Shown here in pieces: positions 60,069 to 64,000 of a stretch of 64,000 bases of DNA (within the stretch, counting starts at the first letter, position 1; every line of letters starts with the position of its first letter). Below the pieces are notes generated by a model. The model was not told the origin of the DNA, did not search any database, and worked only from the letters and a program-made list of their open reading frames with translations. A program made the position numbers and the translations under genes. Source of the DNA: Leptospira sp. (GTDB taxonomy: Bacteria; Spirochaetota; Leptospiria; Leptospirales; Leptospiraceae); the NCBI GenBank assembly GCA_034439575.1, contig JAWXAQ010000027.1, positions 288,001-352,000 on the forward strand, given 5' to 3'.

Positions 60069-62636
60069 CTAACTAAGCTTTTTCTCTAATCGTTGTAAGT
60101 CTCTATTTTCAGGTTGGTCTTTTAAAGAAACCTTTAGTAAATTCATGGCCTTGGATTTGTTTTCCGTTTTGGCATATAAAAATATTAGATTGATATTGTT
60201 CTTTATGTGTTTCGGATTTCTTACCTTTAATCTTTCTGCCCAGGAAATTGCTTTCTGGTAATGGTCATTCTTCGAATAGGTCAGAGTCAGCATTAAAAAT
60301 AATTCTTCGCGGTCAGGTCTGATATTAACTGCAGTTTCTAAATATTTAGTGGCATTTTTCCAATCTTTTTCACGGAAGTATATTTTGCCTAACAACTGAT
60401 ATATGCTATGATGTTCTGGATAATGATTCAAAAGGTTTAAAAGTATTGTCTTAGCTTCTCTGAAATCTTCCTTCCTTGATAGATTTTTAGCAATCGTGAA
60501 TTTATTTAGGCTATCTTCGTCAAATTGTGGCTTTGATTTTCCATCGAAGGAAATTTTAATTAATGTTAAATCATCTGTAATATCGCCAAAAGATTCGATT
60601 TGTTTAACTATATCGTCTAAATTAGCATGGGAAGATTCTATCCATTTGAGTATCAGTGTTTCGTCTTCATTGATGATACGATTGCCTGATTGTTCTGTGC
60701 CAGGTAGAGCAATATCATCTCTTCCATCCGATCCACAAATAAGGATATCTCCCGCATACAATTGGTATGTTTTAATGGAAAAATTTTGGTCGTTTTTCGG
60801 AAAGCCGAGTTTTCTCAACCACAATTCATTTTCAATAAAAGAAGCTTTTCCATCTCGATACAATATGGTCCAAGGATGTTCTGCATTTATATAATATAAA
60901 TAGCCACTGTCTTCTTCAACAAGTCCTAGGGCAATCGACGTTAACATCGAACCATCGAAACTTTCAAATGTCATTTGTAATTCTAAGAATAAATCACGTA
61001 ACCAAAGTTCGGGGGATGTGTTGTCTTGTTCGCTTACTTTTGTTCTAGCTAAAACTGCATGAAATACGACTCCGAGAACCAGGGCACCGCCCGCACCCTG
61101 AATGGACTTACCCATAGCATCGCCATTGATAAAAACAGTGTACAATTTATCGCCTAATTTAATGTTATTTGAAATACAGATATCGCCGCCAATTTCTGTT
61201 TTTCTTCCGCGAAATTCGAAATGCTTTTTTTGGCGTGTGAAAAATGAGGTTTTTACAATTTTGCTTTTGTTATCGTTTCTTGCTAAAGGATTAATCAATA
61301 AGGAAGTTAAAAAATAATCTCCATCCTGTTGTTCTTTTAGGAGATTGACTTGTGTTAAGGTGGAGTTTAATGCCTCGGTTCTGTCTGCGACTTTCTTTTC
61401 TAGATTTTTATTTAAGTCCTCCACTTCTTCGTTCAATTTAACAAAACTATTGGCAAGGATAGTCGCCAAACTGACAATAAATGCTAAAAAAGCATAACCT
61501 AAAATTCTAGGAAAAACAAATATCCCACGTGTGGATAAAATATCCAGTAAACTTGCGACGAGAACTACTAACATACCTATTAGAATCAAACCTGCTTGTT
61601 TGTCTTTTTCTCGGGTCTTTTTTAATAAATAATAAAGTATAATTACAACATAAAAGATCCAAGTGGGTTGAATTATCTTATTCATCATCCAATTGTTAAT
61701 TTCAATATTTGATGTAATAAGGAAAAAAAGGAAAAAACAAATTTGTAAACCGTCAATTATTTTAAATAAGAGCAAATATTTGAAATCAAATAATTTACGA
61801 ATGAAATGAAACATAAAAGGGATGAGAGTTAAAAGAATCATATATTCAACTTTCTTCATATATAAGAAAGGAATTCCGAATTCATATTTGATTTGATTGC
61901 GTAGCAAATTGTAAAAGACGAGACCGATAGAAAATAGGGCAAAAAATAGATTTTCGGATTCTCTGCGCCTTCTAATAAACAAAAATAAAAAATAACCACC
62001 TACTGTTAGATATACGACAAGGAACAGTAGTTTGGTGAATTCTTCAAAATAGAATTTTTTCATCATTTGAGATGATTTTCCTAATGAAGTACTGTCTTGT
62101 TCAACTCCTACCGTATAATCAAAGTATGGTTGAATATGAACCATAATTAAATTTGTCTCGCCATAATTGATCAATTGATTTGGGATAGGATAAAGACGGA
62201 TGCGATCATAACTTTGAGGTTCATGAGCATCCCATTTCCCTGTTTCAGCAATCTTAACACCATTCCAATAGAATTTATCTCTATCATTGATAACACCAAG
62301 ACGAATCGAAATATTGCCCTGGTTATCCTTAGGCATTCTTATCCACTTAGCAAGAAGTATGTTTTTTTTGCCCTGAAACTCAGGTGCTTCCTTTGCAATA
62401 TTTCCAGGCACTTTGACAGTTTTCCAAAGTGATTTATCAAACGGGGCTAAGCTTTGTTTTTTAATTTCAGATTCAGAGAGTTCTCCCGTAAAAACATACC
62501 AAGCAGAATCTTGATTTTCATTGGAATCTAGGCTGACAGGAGATTCTAAATTTGTAACCTGGAAGGTATTGGGTTTCTCTTCTGAAGAAAGACTGTAATT
62601 GAATAACAGGAAAAGAATCAAAAAATATTTTGTCAT
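60069..62636 (-). CDS. Membrane sensor PP2C/SpoIIE phosphatase (periplasmic sugar-binding-like domain, 7TM, SpoIIE, TPR)
   Basis: Signal peptide, LG.I.D.D..Y.NG..I.ETG, 7TM region, GGD/DAMGK/SDG/DDL PP2C motifs, TPR tail. Confidence 0.88.
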   Translation of the reverse strand: MTKYFLILFLLFNYSLSSEEKPNTFQVTNLESPVSLDSNENQDSAWYVFTGELSESEIKKQSLAPFDKSLWKTVKVPGNIAKEAPEFQGKKNILLAKWIRMPKDNQGNISIRLGVINDRDKFYWNGVKIAETGKWDAHEPQSYDRIRLYPIPNQLINYGETNLIMVHIQPYFDYTVGVEQDSTSLGKSSQMMKKFYFEEFTKLLFLVVYLTVGGYFLFLFIRRRRESENLFFALFSIGLVFYNLLRNQIKYEFGIPFLYMKKVEYMILLTLIPFMFHFIRKLFDFKYLLLFKIIDGLQICFFLFFLITSNIEINNWMMNKIIQPTWIFYVVIILYYLLKKTREKDKQAGLILIGMLVVLVASLLDILSTRGIFVFPRILGYAFLAFIVSLATILANSFVKLNEEVEDLNKNLEKKVADRTEALNSTLTQVNLLKEQQDGDYFLTSLLINPLARNDNKSKIVKTSFFTRQKKHFEFRGRKTEIGGDICISNNIKLGDKLYTVFINGDAMGKSIQGAGGALVLGVVFHAVLARTKVSEQDNTSPELWLRDLFLELQMTFESFDGSMLTSIALGLVEEDSGYLYYINAEHPWTILYRDGKASFIENELWLRKLGFPKNDQNFSIKTYQLYAGDILICGSDGRDDIALPGTEQSGNRIINEDETLILKWIESSHANLDDIVKQIESFGDITDDLTLIKISFDGKSKPQFDEDSLNKFTIAKNLSRKEDFREAKTILLNLLNHYPEHHSIYQLLGKIYFREKDWKNATKYLETAVNIRPDREELFLMLTLTYSKNDHYQKAISWAERLKVRNPKHIKNNINLIFLYAKTENKSKAMNLLKVSLKDQPENRDLQRLEKKLS

Positions 62637-62695
62637 GTTAGAGTGTTGTCATCTGGCAAAGCATGAAATAAAGAAACCATAGACATTAGATATAT

Positions 62696-63868
62696 ATGTA
62701 CATTAAGTTAAAAAAAGCAAAAGAAAAAGCAGTTTTAAATTTTCATCCATGGATTTTTTCAGGAGCAATCCATGAAGTAGAAAAAGGGATAAAATCTGGT
62801 GATACAGTTAAAGTTCTTTCACATGAAGGGCAATTTCTGGCTTACGGACACTTTGATCCTTCCAGTCAAATCAGAGTAAGGTGCTTTTCTTATCTTGAGA
62901 ATGAGTCTGATGAAACACCAGAATTTTGGCTAAAGAGATGGCGTGAAATATATAAAAGAAAAATTGATTCCTTTATAGATACAGAGAATACTGGATTTCG
63001 TTTTTTATATTCCGAAGGTGATATGTCGCCCGGATTTATTGTAGATTGTTATGATCAATCAGCTGTATTTTTTTGTCGAACACCAGGAAGCATTCGTCAC
63101 AAACAGACATTAGTTTCCCTTTTAATAGAATTAGGATTCAATAACATTCTTGAAAAAGAATCTAAAAACGAATCAGATGAAGTGATCAATGCGATCTTTC
63201 ATAAAGGTCATGACAAAAAGGTAGTTTTCGTAGAACATGGCTTACGTTATTATTCAGATTTGGAATTTGGCCAAAAGACTGGTTTCTTTTTGGACCAAAG
63301 AGAAAATCGAAAATTACTAGGAAGTTATGCGAAAGGAAAAATTGTATTAAATGCATTTGCCTATTCAGGTGCATTTTCAGTTTGTGCCTTAAAGAATAAG
63401 GCAGAGATGGTACATAGTTTAGATATTTCATCTCAGGCGATAGCCTTAACGGAAGAAAATTTAGATTTAAATTTTGATCAATCGTTTATCGAAAGTAAAC
63501 ACAAAAGTATCGTTAAAGATTGTTTTGTGTTTTTAAAAGAAATGAAAATGGATGAATATGATTTGATTATTTTAGATCCACCTGCCTTTACAAAAAATAT
63601 TTCAACTGTCAACCAAGCAGCTCGTGGTTATAAAGAGATCAATATGAAGGCCATTTCAAAAATCAAAAAGGGTGGGATCATATTTACTTTTTCTTGCTCG
63701 CAACACATTTCCTCTGACCTTTTTCGCAAAATCATTTTTGGTGCTGCTAAAGATACAGGTCGTCCAGTGAAGGTTCTTCACCAAATGAGCCAGGCAAGCG
63801 ATCACGCTTTTTCTATCTATCATCCTGAGGGTGAATACTTGAAAGGGCTTGTGATTCAAGTTGATTAA
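62696..63868 (+). CDS. rlmI: Class I SAM-dependent rRNA methyltransferase, RlmI-like
   Basis: HPWIFSG PUA domain, GQKTGFFLDQRENR, F.YSG.FS, LDPPAF and FSCS motifs. Confidence 0.88.
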   Translation: MYIKLKKAKEKAVLNFHPWIFSGAIHEVEKGIKSGDTVKVLSHEGQFLAYGHFDPSSQIRVRCFSYLENESDETPEFWLKRWREIYKRKIDSFIDTENTGFRFLYSEGDMSPGFIVDCYDQSAVFFCRTPGSIRHKQTLVSLLIELGFNNILEKESKNESDEVINAIFHKGHDKKVVFVEHGLRYYSDLEFGQKTGFFLDQRENRKLLGSYAKGKIVLNAFAYSGAFSVCALKNKAEMVHSLDISSQAIALTEENLDLNFDQSFIESKHKSIVKDCFVFLKEMKMDEYDLIILDPPAFTKNISTVNQAARGYKEINMKAISKIKKGGIIFTFSCSQHISSDLFRKIIFGAAKDTGRPVKVLHQMSQASDHAFSIYHPEGEYLKGLVIQVD

Positions 63869-63903
63869 TGTAGAATGACTTTCAATCCTGGACAGAACTT
63901 CCT

Positions 63904-64000
63904 ATGAAATTTACTTCTTTAAGTTTCCTATTATTTTTTTTAATCGTTTATGTATTGAATTGGGTTTTGAAAGGAAAAGCCAGACATCTTTTTCTATTTG
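63904..64000 (+). CDS. N-terminus of a probable MBOAT/AlgI-family O-acyltransferase (partial)
   Basis: MKFTSLSFLLFFLIVYVLNW matches the MxFxSxxFLxFF N-terminus. Runs off the window edge. Confidence 0.6.
   Translation, partial: MKFTSLSFLLFFLIVYVLNWVLKGKARHLFLF

Noticed and set aside
1-64000. CRISPR arrays, rRNA/tRNA, transposases, prophage or defence systems
   Set aside because: Intergenic gaps are short (at most about 230 bp) with no spaced repeat array, and no ORF carries such motifs. Small RNAs cannot be excluded by eye.

Overview
This is a gene-dense, AT-rich core-chromosome segment that reads as Leptospira. That assignment is inferred from a FlaB flagellin, the hisD-panC-mfd-lipL31-uppP run, paralogous membrane SpoIIE phosphatases and spirochaete-type lipoboxes. 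It holds about 53 CDS covering envelope biogenesis (mlaEFD/mce, lpxC, ddl, uppP, MBOAT), proteostasis (clpS-clpA, two Hsp20, SppA), DNA repair (uvrA, mfd, xseAB, xth), amino-acid and cofactor synthesis (leuA, hisC, hisD, panC, PduO) and signalling. I saw no rRNA, tRNA, IS, prophage or CRISPR array. The most interesting signals are: (1) a near-consensus sigma54 promoter upstream of lpxC with a tandem pair of TGT-N12-ACA enhancer-like sites; (2) a FemAB-like GNAT gene tightly coupled to clpS-clpA, where ClpS has an unusual gatekeeper residue, making a candidate alternative N-degron module; (3) an MCE/Mla operon led by a secreted protein built of about 20 aromatic-Pro repeats instead of MlaA/MlaC; (4) a cyclase-FecR/Ig-repeat-secreted protein operon that looks like sigma-free trans-envelope signalling; (5) tandem CIRCE operators on the Hsp20 pair, and GGA-loop hairpins plus a sigma28-like promoter on flaB. 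All protein calls come from motif recognition only; no database searches were run.
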